Positions 51,141 to 61,007 of a stretch of 64,000 nt of DNA are shown here, piece by piece. A model generated the notes under the pieces. That model saw only the letters and a list, made by a program, of their open reading frames with translations, did no database searches and was not told the DNA's origin. This DNA is from a virus, in the IMG/VR virus record IMGVR_UViG_3300009826_001457, positions 10,654 to 74,653 of that record; one strand, written 5' to 3'. A program made the position numbers and the translations under genes. Each line of letters begins with the position of its first letter. Within the stretch, counting starts at the first letter, position 1.

Positions 51141-51230
51141 GGCCACATAAAACTGCCCACATAGAAATGCCCACATAGAAACGGCCATATAGAAACGACC
51201 ATATCTAAGCGGACATTGAAATAGGGACAT
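51141..51230. repeat. Tandem array of degenerate 14-bp repeats
   Basis: GGCCACATAAAACT, GCCCACATAGAAAT, GCCCACATAGAAAC, GGCCATATAGAAAC, GACCATATCTAAGC, then weaker GGACAT units. Confidence 0.85.
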
Positions 51231-51253
51231 ATTTTTAGTATTCATTACTACGA

Positions 51254-51871
51254 TCAGAAAACCTCAGAGAACAATATCCGCACATCGTTATTCACCAGAG
51301 TCGCATTGCCTGAATTATGTATGGGGAAGTTGATTCGGTACTGGGTTGATTGGGTATCATATGATTTCTCCCAACGCATATTATTCTGCGGCTTCTCTAT
51401 CTCTGTTATAAATTCGTATTCAATCAGTTCATTGATATATTTATTTCTGAGTGTTTTGCGGTTTATATTAAGCCATGCTCCTAGTCCAACAGAGGATATA
51501 TAAAATTCTCCATCCTTGGTACCATGTGCTTTGGCGAAGCATAGCATCGCTAAGGCTACTAATCTGGTTTTATTATCGTCAAATCTTTTCTTTATCTCTA
51601 TTGCGTCCTGCTTATTTATTTTGACTGTAGGCACTTTTAAAAGCACCGCTTTATCTGTGTCAAATACTCTGTTGATAATATTGTTCACATTGTACTTAAT
51701 AAATACATTATTTTGCTTGCCCCAGTCGAATAGGGCCTCACGTATTTCAATCTTCTTATACCCTTTTTCTTTGTAATGGCAAACGATTAAATAACAAATG
51801 CGGTATAGATTACTTGTTACTATATCGTTACCATCAAGATACTGCTGTGTCTCGTATGCTTCGTTAATCAT
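51254..51871 (-). CDS. Hypothetical protein with winged-helix-like C-terminus
   Basis: FYISSVGLGAWLNINRKTLRNKYINELIEYEFITEI; co-transcribed after the RNA polymerase gene. Confidence 0.65.
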   Translation of the reverse strand: MINEAYETQQYLDGNDIVTSNLYRICYLIVCHYKEKGYKKIEIREALFDWGKQNNVFIKYNVNNIINRVFDTDKAVLLKVPTVKINKQDAIEIKKRFDDNKTRLVALAMLCFAKAHGTKDGEFYISSVGLGAWLNINRKTLRNKYINELIEYEFITEIEKPQNNMRWEKSYDTQSTQYRINFPIHNSGNATLVNNDVRILFSEVF

Positions 51872-51889
51872 TCTTCACCTCATAAGTGG

Positions 51890-54394
51890 TTACTGTCCTT
51901 CCTGCTTTATAAGCTGATACCTTTTTCCCAGGTATTCAAAAATACCATGTGCTTCATCTCTGGTTGGTAAGAACACTGGTACCTGTTTAATATTATTAAC
52001 AACATCATCACCAGCCATATTCCACAAAAAGCCTTTCGTTCGGCTAGGATATTTTTCATAGCATAGCATGACGATAATATTGGCAAGCATTGCTCCATTA
52101 GGGCATACAGCGCGACATTTGTTTCTGTACTTCTCGTAAAATATATCCCAATTGATTTCAAATGCGTGCGCTCCGCCAAGTTCATCTCTAATGCTTCGTT
52201 CATCCTTTTTAAGCTGGGCAAATTCCTTATTATATTCTAGGTAGAGGTTTTCAATAATGGCGGATGTTGCTTCATCTATGCTAACGCCTTCATCAATCAT
52301 TATCGTATAATCAAAGTTGCTATCGCGTTTTCCCCACTTTAGTTGAGTATGCCATTTCTCAATATCCCAACATAGGCGGTTCATATTGCTTTTCGACTTC
52401 AGAAACTTCTTTAATGATTTGTAATAGTCGCCGGCGTACTTCATAAAGTAAGGGAGCGGCTTCCCAAATTTAGCTATGTTTCTTGGGATGTTAAAAATAA
52501 CCCCAGTCTTGGCACTGTCTATCGCCTTGCCGTTGATTACACTTAGCAAGTCAATGTATTTATCATATGTAAGCTTCTGTTTCATAAGCTGCGGCATCTT
52601 ATTATGGTATGTAGTAGCGCAGTTACTTGTCTCACCGATTAATGAATGCATACCCAGCATAATAACCTTGAGTTTATTTTCGGGAGTATCTTCTTCAGCC
52701 AGGGCCGCTATCTTATCTTCTATATCAATTACAATCGCTGCGTCTCTGTCTACACCGCTTTTCATAATTTCATTTTCAACAACAAGAACTAAGTCTCCGT
52801 CTGTATCAGCACCATTCAATCTCTGGGCCACAAGGCTCTTACAGTTCACCATGCAGACATTAGTTAGATGTGATAAATATTTATTTATATCCGACGTTGC
52901 TACTGCATTTAAGATTACATGCTCTGACCTGCATATATGGGGATTGCGCTCTATTAGATATTCCCCGTCATATGTACCACGAATGCTTTGCGTCCAAAAC
53001 TGATCCGAACTAAGGCAGCCTGTCAATGGCAGACCACCTACATGTTCCATTAACATAATTAAATCAGGCACTAGGAACCGCGATGTAGCTTTAATGTATA
53101 TTTTTCCGCATTTCATTTCATTTATATATTTTTTTAATGTGCGTAGCAGGTAATTACGTACTCCTATCTCGTTAAGCATTGTCGGATTCTTAGCTACAGC
53201 CCTTGCATAAGGAGTAACAGGGTTATTGCGTTCAAGGGTAAGCCCTAAAAAAGCCGCGGTGCTATTCCAATCATTAGCGATGATTTTCTCAATCCAGTTA
53301 ATAGAATAATCAGCCAACTTTCTAAAATGGTGATAGTCTAAAATTAAATCTTGCAGTATTTGATAATTACCTCGTCTATAAATTTCTTCTTCTTCCAAGC
53401 TATAATTCCATTTCACTACGCCTATGCAGTGATTATATTTTTCAAAGGCATCCCAATATCTCTCCCAATCCCTGCCGTCACCGTAGTGATTAAAATATTT
53501 ATAGCCTTTGTACATGCTTTCATTCATAATTATCATTGGAGTGCTTCCTGGCCTTACATCGTGCCAGTTACCCCATATATCTTTAATGAACTCAACACCG
53601 CGCTCTTCATAAAAGCTGATATAATCTACCTCATGGGTCATGCCCTTTATAAAAGGAGCGCGAATTAGTATAGAGGTACATCTTGTGTCCCCCATATCTC
53701 CAAGTCTTTGTAGATGGTTCATTACTTCATTAGTAATCGAAGGATGGTGTATACCGCATCCATCAAAGAGATTGATGTTAATATCCCTAATCCCTTCTGT
53801 AATGTCCTTCTGCTTCCAGGTACGCATTTCGCCAGTTGTCTTATCTTTAAATTCGGTTTCTGTATCAATAACATATTTAATCGTCTGCGCTGTTATTGTA
53901 CCTTCTCTGTCAGGTAAAATAATAATCTTAGGTTTCCAGTCTTCTAAGCAATGGCATGAACTTAACATCAACCCGCAATAGGCATACCATTTTGAAAGCA
54001 CAGTTGTTCCAATATCTATGCCCATGGTTACTGCTTCTTTAACTGCCGGTGCCAACCTTTCGTCTATAAAGCTAAGGATGGATTGACGTACCATAGACGC
54101 TGAGCGCTCACTGATAACATAACGTCTGCCATTAAAAATGAATCCGTTTATGATTAGCTCTGCTAACCCTTCTTCATTGCTTTTCCCGCCATTACAATTT
54201 ACAAAGATAATCCAGGGAATATATATACCCGTGCTGTCACCTGTAATATTTCTTATCTGTCGGAATATCATGTTATCCTGCTGAAGCACCGTGAACATAT
54301 TATTTTCTTCACGTTCAACTATGACATTGCTATCTTGGCCCAATATGTATCTAAGCGGAATCTTATTTACCTTATATAGTTTAGGCGCGAACAT
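51890..54394 (-). CDS. yonO: Single-subunit DNA-dependent RNA polymerase (YonO/RdRP-like)
   Basis: 834 aa; IRAPFIKG, IERNPH, and catalytic RLNGADTDGD (DxDGD); SPbeta-like synteny. Confidence 0.88.
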   Translation of the reverse strand: MFAPKLYKVNKIPLRYILGQDSNVIVEREENNMFTVLQQDNMIFRQIRNITGDSTGIYIPWIIFVNCNGGKSNEEGLAELIINGFIFNGRRYVISERSASMVRQSILSFIDERLAPAVKEAVTMGIDIGTTVLSKWYAYCGLMLSSCHCLEDWKPKIIILPDREGTITAQTIKYVIDTETEFKDKTTGEMRTWKQKDITEGIRDININLFDGCGIHHPSITNEVMNHLQRLGDMGDTRCTSILIRAPFIKGMTHEVDYISFYEERGVEFIKDIWGNWHDVRPGSTPMIIMNESMYKGYKYFNHYGDGRDWERYWDAFEKYNHCIGVVKWNYSLEEEEIYRRGNYQILQDLILDYHHFRKLADYSINWIEKIIANDWNSTAAFLGLTLERNNPVTPYARAVAKNPTMLNEIGVRNYLLRTLKKYINEMKCGKIYIKATSRFLVPDLIMLMEHVGGLPLTGCLSSDQFWTQSIRGTYDGEYLIERNPHICRSEHVILNAVATSDINKYLSHLTNVCMVNCKSLVAQRLNGADTDGDLVLVVENEIMKSGVDRDAAIVIDIEDKIAALAEEDTPENKLKVIMLGMHSLIGETSNCATTYHNKMPQLMKQKLTYDKYIDLLSVINGKAIDSAKTGVIFNIPRNIAKFGKPLPYFMKYAGDYYKSLKKFLKSKSNMNRLCWDIEKWHTQLKWGKRDSNFDYTIMIDEGVSIDEATSAIIENLYLEYNKEFAQLKKDERSIRDELGGAHAFEINWDIFYEKYRNKCRAVCPNGAMLANIIVMLCYEKYPSRTKGFLWNMAGDDVVNNIKQVPVFLPTRDEAHGIFEYLGKRYQLIKQEGQ

Positions 54395-54641
54395 TATTAT
54401 AAACCTCTCCTACGCTTTTTCTGTACCAGCTATAAAACTCATAATATTCCTCATGGTACTCATTACGTTTTTGCTCTATGTATGCTTCTACATATTCGTC
54501 ACTCAAAATATCCAGTTCATATTCGTCACATATATTTTCGCTTTTATTTTCATCTTCACAATCTATGCATAGCACAGAACCCCTTATATTATCGTTGCAG
54601 ATGTCATTCCATCTGCAATTACTGCACGACTTTCTAATCAA
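54381..54641 (-). CDS. Small acidic Cys-containing protein
   Basis: CSNCRWNDIC...C motifs; overlaps neighbours. Confidence 0.65.
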   Translation of the reverse strand: MIRKSCSNCRWNDICNDNIRGSVLCIDCEDENKSENICDEYELDILSDEYVEAYIEQKRNEYHEEYYEFYSWYRKSVGEVYNNVRA

Positions 54642-55873
54642 TCATTTTCACCACCTGTCGCTGTGCTGCCTGTCTTTATTTCTTCAAGCCATTGCTGAAG
54701 GATGTTACGCATTCTCTTACTGGGTATGTATGCCTGTATAGGCAGGCCCTGTCTTATTGCCGATCTAAATATCCACTGTACCATTTCACTTAATGCATAG
54801 GCATCTTCGTTTATCTCAATGCCGTTCATAATGAAAAAGTTTTTTATAAATGGGTTAAAAAATTTATTGATAGGATATGCAACCGCTGTCTTATCCTTAT
54901 AATCATTAGTTGCTCGTATGTTGGATGCCACAAAACCCCTGGCATACCCTTTCCCTTTTAACAGCTCATGATAATCTTTAAATGTCGTCCACATATTCTG
55001 CTTTGTATTGGTCTTAGAGTAGTGCTGAAAATAATTAATGAGATTCTTCTTTAATGTGTTCATGAGTTGGTTATTCTTATTCCGCTCATACCACGATTTA
55101 GATAAGGCCCCTTCCAACTCGCCAATTTTATTTAGCTTCTCATTCTCCAATATGCTGATTAAGCCTGCATACATGAAGTAATCGTACTGCTGCGGCTCCT
55201 CCGTTAATTGGTATGAGTTGCAGCCACTGGAGCTATTACTTACTACATATAACTCCTTATACTCCACGCCATAAAAATCAAAATAATATTTTTGGGCCTG
55301 TGCTTCAAATATGTAAGTGAGTATATATATTTCCTTGAATCCCCTAAAGGTTGAGATCGGGAACAGCCAGAGTATCACCTTATCGTTGTAGATGCCGATG
55401 CATTCCAGGTCGCATAAGCGCTTGTACTCGTTAAACTTGCCCTCGTAATCGTTCGCTGTCCATTTAAGCAAGTGACCATCCACAACCTCGGTATATTTTT
55501 CGCGGATTGTGCGGAAGTCCTCTTTGCTGATGGCTAGGGTATCAATGACATCGGCTACCTCATCCATCACCAATATGTAATTGTTGTTGAAAGCCAGGTC
55601 GATAATCTCATCGTCGAACTCACGGAACAGCGAATGGGTTGATACGATGTTAACACCTTTGTCCAACAGCTCTCTGATGCCTCGTTTCTTCGTTCCGTAT
55701 TTCTCTGGCTGCTTGAATGCCTTGAACGGACATTGCCTGATGATACGCTCTACCTCAGTCAGATATGGGGTAATGTAGAGGAACCTGGTATCTTTGTCTG
55801 ATGCGTTGATGCGGTTAATCATTGCGGATGTCTTCCCCATTCCCATGAGAGCATCTACAATATTCACTTGCAC
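54638..55873 (-). CDS. SF2 helicase-like P-loop NTPase
   Basis: DALMGMGKTS, YITPYLTEVER, VSTHSLF, LVMDEV, QWIFRSAIR. Confidence 0.8.
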   Translation of the reverse strand: MQVNIVDALMGMGKTSAMINRINASDKDTRFLYITPYLTEVERIIRQCPFKAFKQPEKYGTKKRGIRELLDKGVNIVSTHSLFREFDDEIIDLAFNNNYILVMDEVADVIDTLAISKEDFRTIREKYTEVVDGHLLKWTANDYEGKFNEYKRLCDLECIGIYNDKVILWLFPISTFRGFKEIYILTYIFEAQAQKYYFDFYGVEYKELYVVSNSSSGCNSYQLTEEPQQYDYFMYAGLISILENEKLNKIGELEGALSKSWYERNKNNQLMNTLKKNLINYFQHYSKTNTKQNMWTTFKDYHELLKGKGYARGFVASNIRATNDYKDKTAVAYPINKFFNPFIKNFFIMNGIEINEDAYALSEMVQWIFRSAIRQGLPIQAYIPSKRMRNILQQWLEEIKTGSTATGGEND

Positions 55874-56207
55874 ATAATCTACCTCCTGTGATGGCTATGT
55901 CAGAATTTTGGGATTTGGACGCCGCATGGCTGTGTGACCCTGCATATTTCCACGGTTGGAAGTTTTCGGCTTTCCAACTTCCAAAATAATTTTGACAATC
56001 CAGTGTTTAAGCCATTCCTTTGTCTGGCCTCGCTAACCCAAACTTCTAAAAATTTTCTACAAACCTAGTGTTTATGCGATATTTCAGCCTTAGCCCTAAA
56101 AGAAGGAATCTCAATAGTTCTAAAAATGAGAAGGCAAAAAAAGAACGAAGGAGAGCAACGCTGTTAAGCATCACCCTCCATTACGTTGTGTCTTGTGCTA
56201 TATCTCA

Positions 56208-57095
56208 TTATGCAGCCAAAACAACTCGGGCATTTTGCCCATGAATCCATCTCCAAGTTTCATCGTCAACTAGCGGTTCGTGATTGCCTTGTATCTTCTT
56301 GCCATCGTGCGTGACTATACCGCAATAGTAATCGTTTGTCAAAATATCACGGACAGAGTGCTTGGTGAAATTGCGTGTCTGATTACATGTGGTGAATTGC
56401 ATACGTAGCGTCAAAGTACAGATGCCATTGATATGTTCAGCTATGCTTTGAAGTGACATGCCGGATACGCGCTTAGTGAAGATTGTTTGCACGACGGATG
56501 CTTCCGTTTCATTGATTACCGTATCGCGACCCTCCAGGTCATAGGTATAGCCAAAGGGTTGTCTTCCCGTGGGTTTGTTGCCTTTGCTGGCTTTCTTCTT
56601 CTTGCCGTCACTGAGGCGATGGTTAATGAGGACCCTTTCAAACTCAGCAAAAGCCCCCATCATCTGACGAGTAAAGGTTATTAGCGCTTTGTCCATAACA
56701 GAGCCAGAATCATCAGTATCGTTCAACGTTTCTTGGGCTGCGAACAAAACCTTAATCCCATAAGTCAGAAGTTGCTTCTCTATGAATAGCTGATGGAATA
56801 GTTCACGGGATAAGCGGTCAACTTTGTCGATAACAGCGAACTTAATATGTTTTGACTTATCGGCACCGGAATTACGCTCTTTGCAATACGCAAACATCCT
56901 AATAATATCTTTGCGGTCCCAACTCTCTTTCGCTCCACTGACACCCTCATCTGAAAACTTTGCGGCAAGCTTATAATTGTTGGCAGCGTTGAAGCTATTA
57001 ATGCGGTCATCTTGGATGTTTAACCCTTCACCTTCTTCAACTTGCTTATAGGTGCTGACCCTGCCGTAAGAGACTACATATTCCTCGTTTGTCAT
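56208..57095 (-). CDS. Serine recombinase (resolvase plus recombinase domain)
   Basis: YGRVSTYKQ catalytic Ser, DEGVSGAK, KVDRLSR, GRQPFGY; ends after the recombinase domain. Confidence 0.9.
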   Translation of the reverse strand: MTNEEYVVSYGRVSTYKQVEEGEGLNIQDDRINSFNAANNYKLAAKFSDEGVSGAKESWDRKDIIRMFAYCKERNSGADKSKHIKFAVIDKVDRLSRELFHQLFIEKQLLTYGIKVLFAAQETLNDTDDSGSVMDKALITFTRQMMGAFAEFERVLINHRLSDGKKKKASKGNKPTGRQPFGYTYDLEGRDTVINETEASVVQTIFTKRVSGMSLQSIAEHINGICTLTLRMQFTTCNQTRNFTKHSVRDILTNDYYCGIVTHDGKKIQGNHEPLVDDETWRWIHGQNARVVLAA

Positions 57096-57975
57096 AAATT
57101 ATGGCCCCTTTTTGATGGTTGAGTATGCTGTTGATTATGTGGAAATTGTACACCAAAAACCTCAAAAAGTCAAGTAAATCAAGGGCTTGCGGGGTTTGTG
57201 TGGACAAAATATGCACATGATTTATTCGGGAAAATGATGTCTGTGGTAGAGCATAGTCTTCCAGACTTTGTTGTTTTGTAATTCATTGAAGTGCGCTGAA
57301 TTGGTTGCTGCTGCGCTGTTGTTCGCTCCGCTCACACAGCTCCGGCAGCTCCCACTACAGCGCATTCAACGAGATTGGTTCGCTTCGCTCACAGGATAAT
57401 TTGGTGGTTTTGGGGATTGTTCGGAAGAAATGCAGGCGGAATAAGGGATTGAGAGGTGTGAGGCATGGGATCTGATGCCATATACATGGAAATCTAGTGT
57501 TGGGGTGGTGGTTTAAATGGGAGGAAATGCAGCGATTATACGGCTTGCTCCGAATAGGGATACCGAGTCGATGTGAAGGCAAAAAATTGGTTTTGCGTGA
57601 AAATTAATGGATGCCACCGCGCCGCGAGCCCGCTCCACGATTGAGATGTGAACTATCCCCCACCAAGGAAACATGGGCATTTTATACGGGTTGGATATCG
57701 TTTATCATACCCAACGATAACAACGAACTAACACAGCGCAAAGCCTTATAAACACGGGCATATATGTATGTGTATATTCGACTGCCCATGTCAAATATAT
57801 AAAAATTTTTGTGTCGTGTATCAATTTGCATACATTTTTTTATCCTTGCTATTGTGTACATACAAACAAGCGAAACGCACAGCGCAAGCGTTACCGCTTC
57901 ATATCCACCATAAAACAATAGCGCAATCATTATCTACTTGGAATATATCCAAGGGTAAAAAAAGGAGCGGTCACA

Positions 57976-59001
57976 ATGACAGCAAACACAAGGCAAGCAC
58001 TAACAAGGGAAGCAAACAACGTAAACGCAAGAATCACAACAAGCAAGCACCACGAAAACAAAGCACGCAACAACGGCGAAGGACGCAAGCTATTTGACGC
58101 AATAATAAACACCGCAGAATTAGAAGCACATGCAGAGACTTTACTGGAAGCCCTTACAGCCCATCAAAATGATGAACTTTTTACTCTTGCCAGTATGATA
58201 ACCATACACGGCTTGAAAGTCGCTGCAAGGGGTAGGCAAGTCAAGGATGAAAACGGCAAACCAACCGAAAAAACCAACAAGAAAACAGGCGAAAAATACC
58301 AATACACACCCGCCAACCTTACCGCATTAAAGGTATTACAAAATGGCATAAATGGCACGGATGGCATACTGGAAGATTTACAACAACAAACCGCCTTGCA
58401 CATATGGGAAGCAATAAGCCAGGGCAAAGCAACCATTACCCAAGATGAAAACAATCGCCCACGTTTAACCATGACAAATGAGAACGACACCGACACAGCA
58501 AAAGCAATTTATAACACAGTACAAAACTATCTATATCAGCACCAGCAAAAGCATTATAAACGCCAATACATTCCAGTGATTGACGAAAACGGCAACGAAA
58601 GCACCGAACTTGTAACAAAAGCAATGCGCCAATATGCAATGGGTTTGCAATCCGTAGACAAAAACGAACTAATACAAGAATTAACCGCCATACTTAACGA
58701 AGTAGAAACCGCCGTATTATGGGCAGTATACGACACGAAGGAAGTAGAAAGAGTAACCACAACCAAGCGCACCAGCGGCGAAGATGGCAAAACCCACGAA
58801 AGCAAAAAAACCATTGTATCACGCAAAAAAACACTTCCCGAACTATCAGCAGAAACAGGCTACACAGTGCAAACAGTACGCACCACGTTAAAAAACATCA
58901 AGCGCAAATTATCCGCCGTGCTAGAGGATAGCGGACAGGTACGGCGGAACAAGATTACAAGCGGAAAATCATCAATCAACTTTGCACTTTCCGCAATGTA
59001 A
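57976..59001 (+). CDS. Hypothetical protein with C-terminal HTH
   Basis: 341 aa, SD AAGGAG; KTLPELSAETGYTVQTVRTTLKNIKRKL helix-turn-helix; very T-poor coding strand. Confidence 0.7.
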   Translation: MTANTRQALTREANNVNARITTSKHHENKARNNGEGRKLFDAIINTAELEAHAETLLEALTAHQNDELFTLASMITIHGLKVAARGRQVKDENGKPTEKTNKKTGEKYQYTPANLTALKVLQNGINGTDGILEDLQQQTALHIWEAISQGKATITQDENNRPRLTMTNENDTDTAKAIYNTVQNYLYQHQQKHYKRQYIPVIDENGNESTELVTKAMRQYAMGLQSVDKNELIQELTAILNEVETAVLWAVYDTKEVERVTTTKRTSGEDGKTHESKKTIVSRKKTLPELSAETGYTVQTVRTTLKNIKRKLSAVLEDSGQVRRNKITSGKSSINFALSAM

Positions 59002-59021
59002 AAATAAATTTATAGCAAGCT

Positions 59022-59399
59022 AACAGAAAACGCTTTACACTTCACAATATAGCGCAACAACTAACAAGGCAAGGCAAAACAGGCGATAATAAAATATTAT
59101 CGCCTGTTTTTATTTTTTCGATATATTAGGCAAGCAAAAACGCAAGGAAAATAAAGTTATAACAAGCCAACAGAAAACGCTTTACAATTCACAATATAAC
59201 GCAAGGATAAACAAGCACAGCGCAAGCAAAAATAAATTTTTATCAGGCTAACAGAAAACGCTTTACATTTCACAATATAGTACAAGGATAGCACGAAAAC
59301 GAAAGCAACCCTAGAACGCAAGGAAAGCAAAGTAACAAAGCGCAAGCAAAATATATTTATAGCAAGCTAACAGAAAACGCTTTACATTTTACAATATAG
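59022..59399 (+). repeat. Four dispersed ~30-bp direct repeats
   Basis: AACAGAAAACGCTTTACA(C/A/T)TT(C/T)ACAATATA starting at 59022, 59169, 59250 and 59369. Confidence 0.9.
59077..59110 (+). terminator. Intrinsic terminator
   Basis: AAAACAGGCGATAAT / ATTATCGCCTGTTTTT. Confidence 0.75.
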
Positions 59400-59583
59400 T
59401 ACAAGTAGACAACACAACAAAAATAGACAACCAAAACCCACCATAGATGGTGGTTGGCTCGTGTACGGCTGAAAAATCTATGCCGTGCTGATTACTGTGT
59501 AACCAGTGTACGAGATAGTAAATACAACCATGAAAATAATTTAATGGCGCGAAGAAAGCGCAACTGCTTAGGAGGTATGAAAC

Positions 59584-60429
59584 ATGGGAAAACCAAAAAC
59601 TGAAGAAACAACGAGAAGAAAAAAGCCAACGGACGATGTGAACAAAGCAGTACAACCAATCCAGGCCGATGTCATTCCGGCAGGAGAGTTGCTAGCCCCC
59701 GACCTGGAAAGTGCTGATAGCCAGACCGAAGCAAGTATCAGGGTAAGAACCCTTGTCGGGCAATATAACGATGCCGTCACCAACGATAACATGTCATTGG
59801 CGACAACCTTGGACGCACAACTTCAAGAAGCCATAAAGGCGTTAAACTCGGAAGAGCGTACTGTTCAAATTACCAACTGGCTCGGGACTTCCGACCCCGT
59901 TGTATCAGCCCTTATAGATGGCGGTACTTATAGGCTAACCGCAGTAAAGCGTAACAAAGAAACTGGCCTCATAGACGACATAATCGTCAAAACTGCTGTA
60001 ATTGACCTGCGCGATATCTATGTGGTCAACAAAGCTGTATTCCGCGACCAAAACTGGCTTGCATACTGCGAAGCCGCCAACGTAGCCATAAGGGACTTCA
60101 TGGTTAAAGTTTTGGGCATAAAGCATATGACCGACAAGCTAAAAGGCTTCCAGCTAACTGCCACCAGCAAGATGCTAGGAATATCAATGGCAGCTATGAA
60201 AACCGCCAAAGGTTGCACAGGCGCATTGCAGAAGGTAATCGACTCCATCTTTGGAGCAGACCGCTACACCGTCACTACCGAAGATGCCGAAGCATTCCGC
60301 TACACTTATGCTACATGGGGAACGCAGAACACTTTAAGCGTGAAGCTGTCCATAGAGGCCACTTTCCGCAGAACTCTTACTCGTATCTTGGTGCGAATCG
60401 TCAATGACCTTGCATATACTGGCGAATAA
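59584..60429 (+). CDS. Hypothetical phage protein
   Basis: 281 aa, SD AGGAGG, followed by a terminator. Confidence 0.75.
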   Translation: MGKPKTEETTRRKKPTDDVNKAVQPIQADVIPAGELLAPDLESADSQTEASIRVRTLVGQYNDAVTNDNMSLATTLDAQLQEAIKALNSEERTVQITNWLGTSDPVVSALIDGGTYRLTAVKRNKETGLIDDIIVKTAVIDLRDIYVVNKAVFRDQNWLAYCEAANVAIRDFMVKVLGIKHMTDKLKGFQLTATSKMLGISMAAMKTAKGCTGALQKVIDSIFGADRYTVTTEDAEAFRYTYATWGTQNTLSVKLSIEATFRRTLTRILVRIVNDLAYTGE

Positions 60430-60469
60430 GAAGACCTTCATAGATGAAACTGTTATGAAATAAGTTCGA

Positions 60470-60510
60470 AGACCGCTTGCTGGCATTGCTCATGCAAGCG
60501 GTCTTTTCGT
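60470..60510 (+). terminator. Intrinsic terminator
   Basis: GAAGACCGCTTGC / GCAAGCGGTCTTTTC. Confidence 0.75.
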
Positions 60511-60635
60511 CTGACTGGTAGGTGTGTATGGCTATGCAATATACTAATATACTCCATACTCATAAGGGGGCGATTCCCCTACAGGCTCTATTTGTATAAC
60601 CACTCTTGAAATTGCTATAATACTATACAGAAGGG

Positions 60636-61007
60636 ATGGTGCATATGAAAAAATCAATTGCAGTTGATAAGCAATGTATCACTAAGATGCTAAAATATAT
60701 CGAAGAAATCAAGATGATAATTGATGATGGTAATATTGCATCATTCCAAGATTTGAAGGCTTCGTTGATTCATAAATATGCTGTAACGCAGATTATAACT
60801 AATATCTATGAATTATCGAAAAAAATGCAAGACTCTACGTTGCAAGAATTGAAGTACTTAGATATGCGTATGCTAAGAACAGCTCGACAGATTGCCAGTC
60901 ATAACTATGACGCTCTTGACTTTCGAAGCATTTTTAACTTATGTAGTGACTTAGCTGATGACTTGCTTATAAGCGAGTTAATCTCTTGCTTGGAGGAGGA
61001 AGAATAG
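60636..61007 (+). CDS. HepT-like HEPN ribonuclease toxin (DUF86)
   Basis: AVTQIITNIYEL...RQIASHNY = R-X4-H-X-Y motif. Confidence 0.85.
   Translation: MVHMKKSIAVDKQCITKMLKYIEEIKMIIDDGNIASFQDLKASLIHKYAVTQIITNIYELSKKMQDSTLQELKYLDMRMLRTARQIASHNYDALDFRSIFNLCSDLADDLLISELISCLEEEE

Noticed and set aside
56208-57095. Serine recombinase as the prophage integrase with an att boundary here
   Set aside because: It is too short for a large serine integrase, and phage-type genes continue on both sides with no host housekeeping genes.
59022-59399. CRISPR array
   Set aside because: Inter-repeat lengths vary widely, the flanks are themselves repeated, and one gap contains a terminator.
60505-60590. Second tRNA-like element (AGGGG-GCGATT-CCCCT hairpin)
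   Set aside because: The loop lacks the TTC signature, and the acceptor and D arms cannot be built convincingly.
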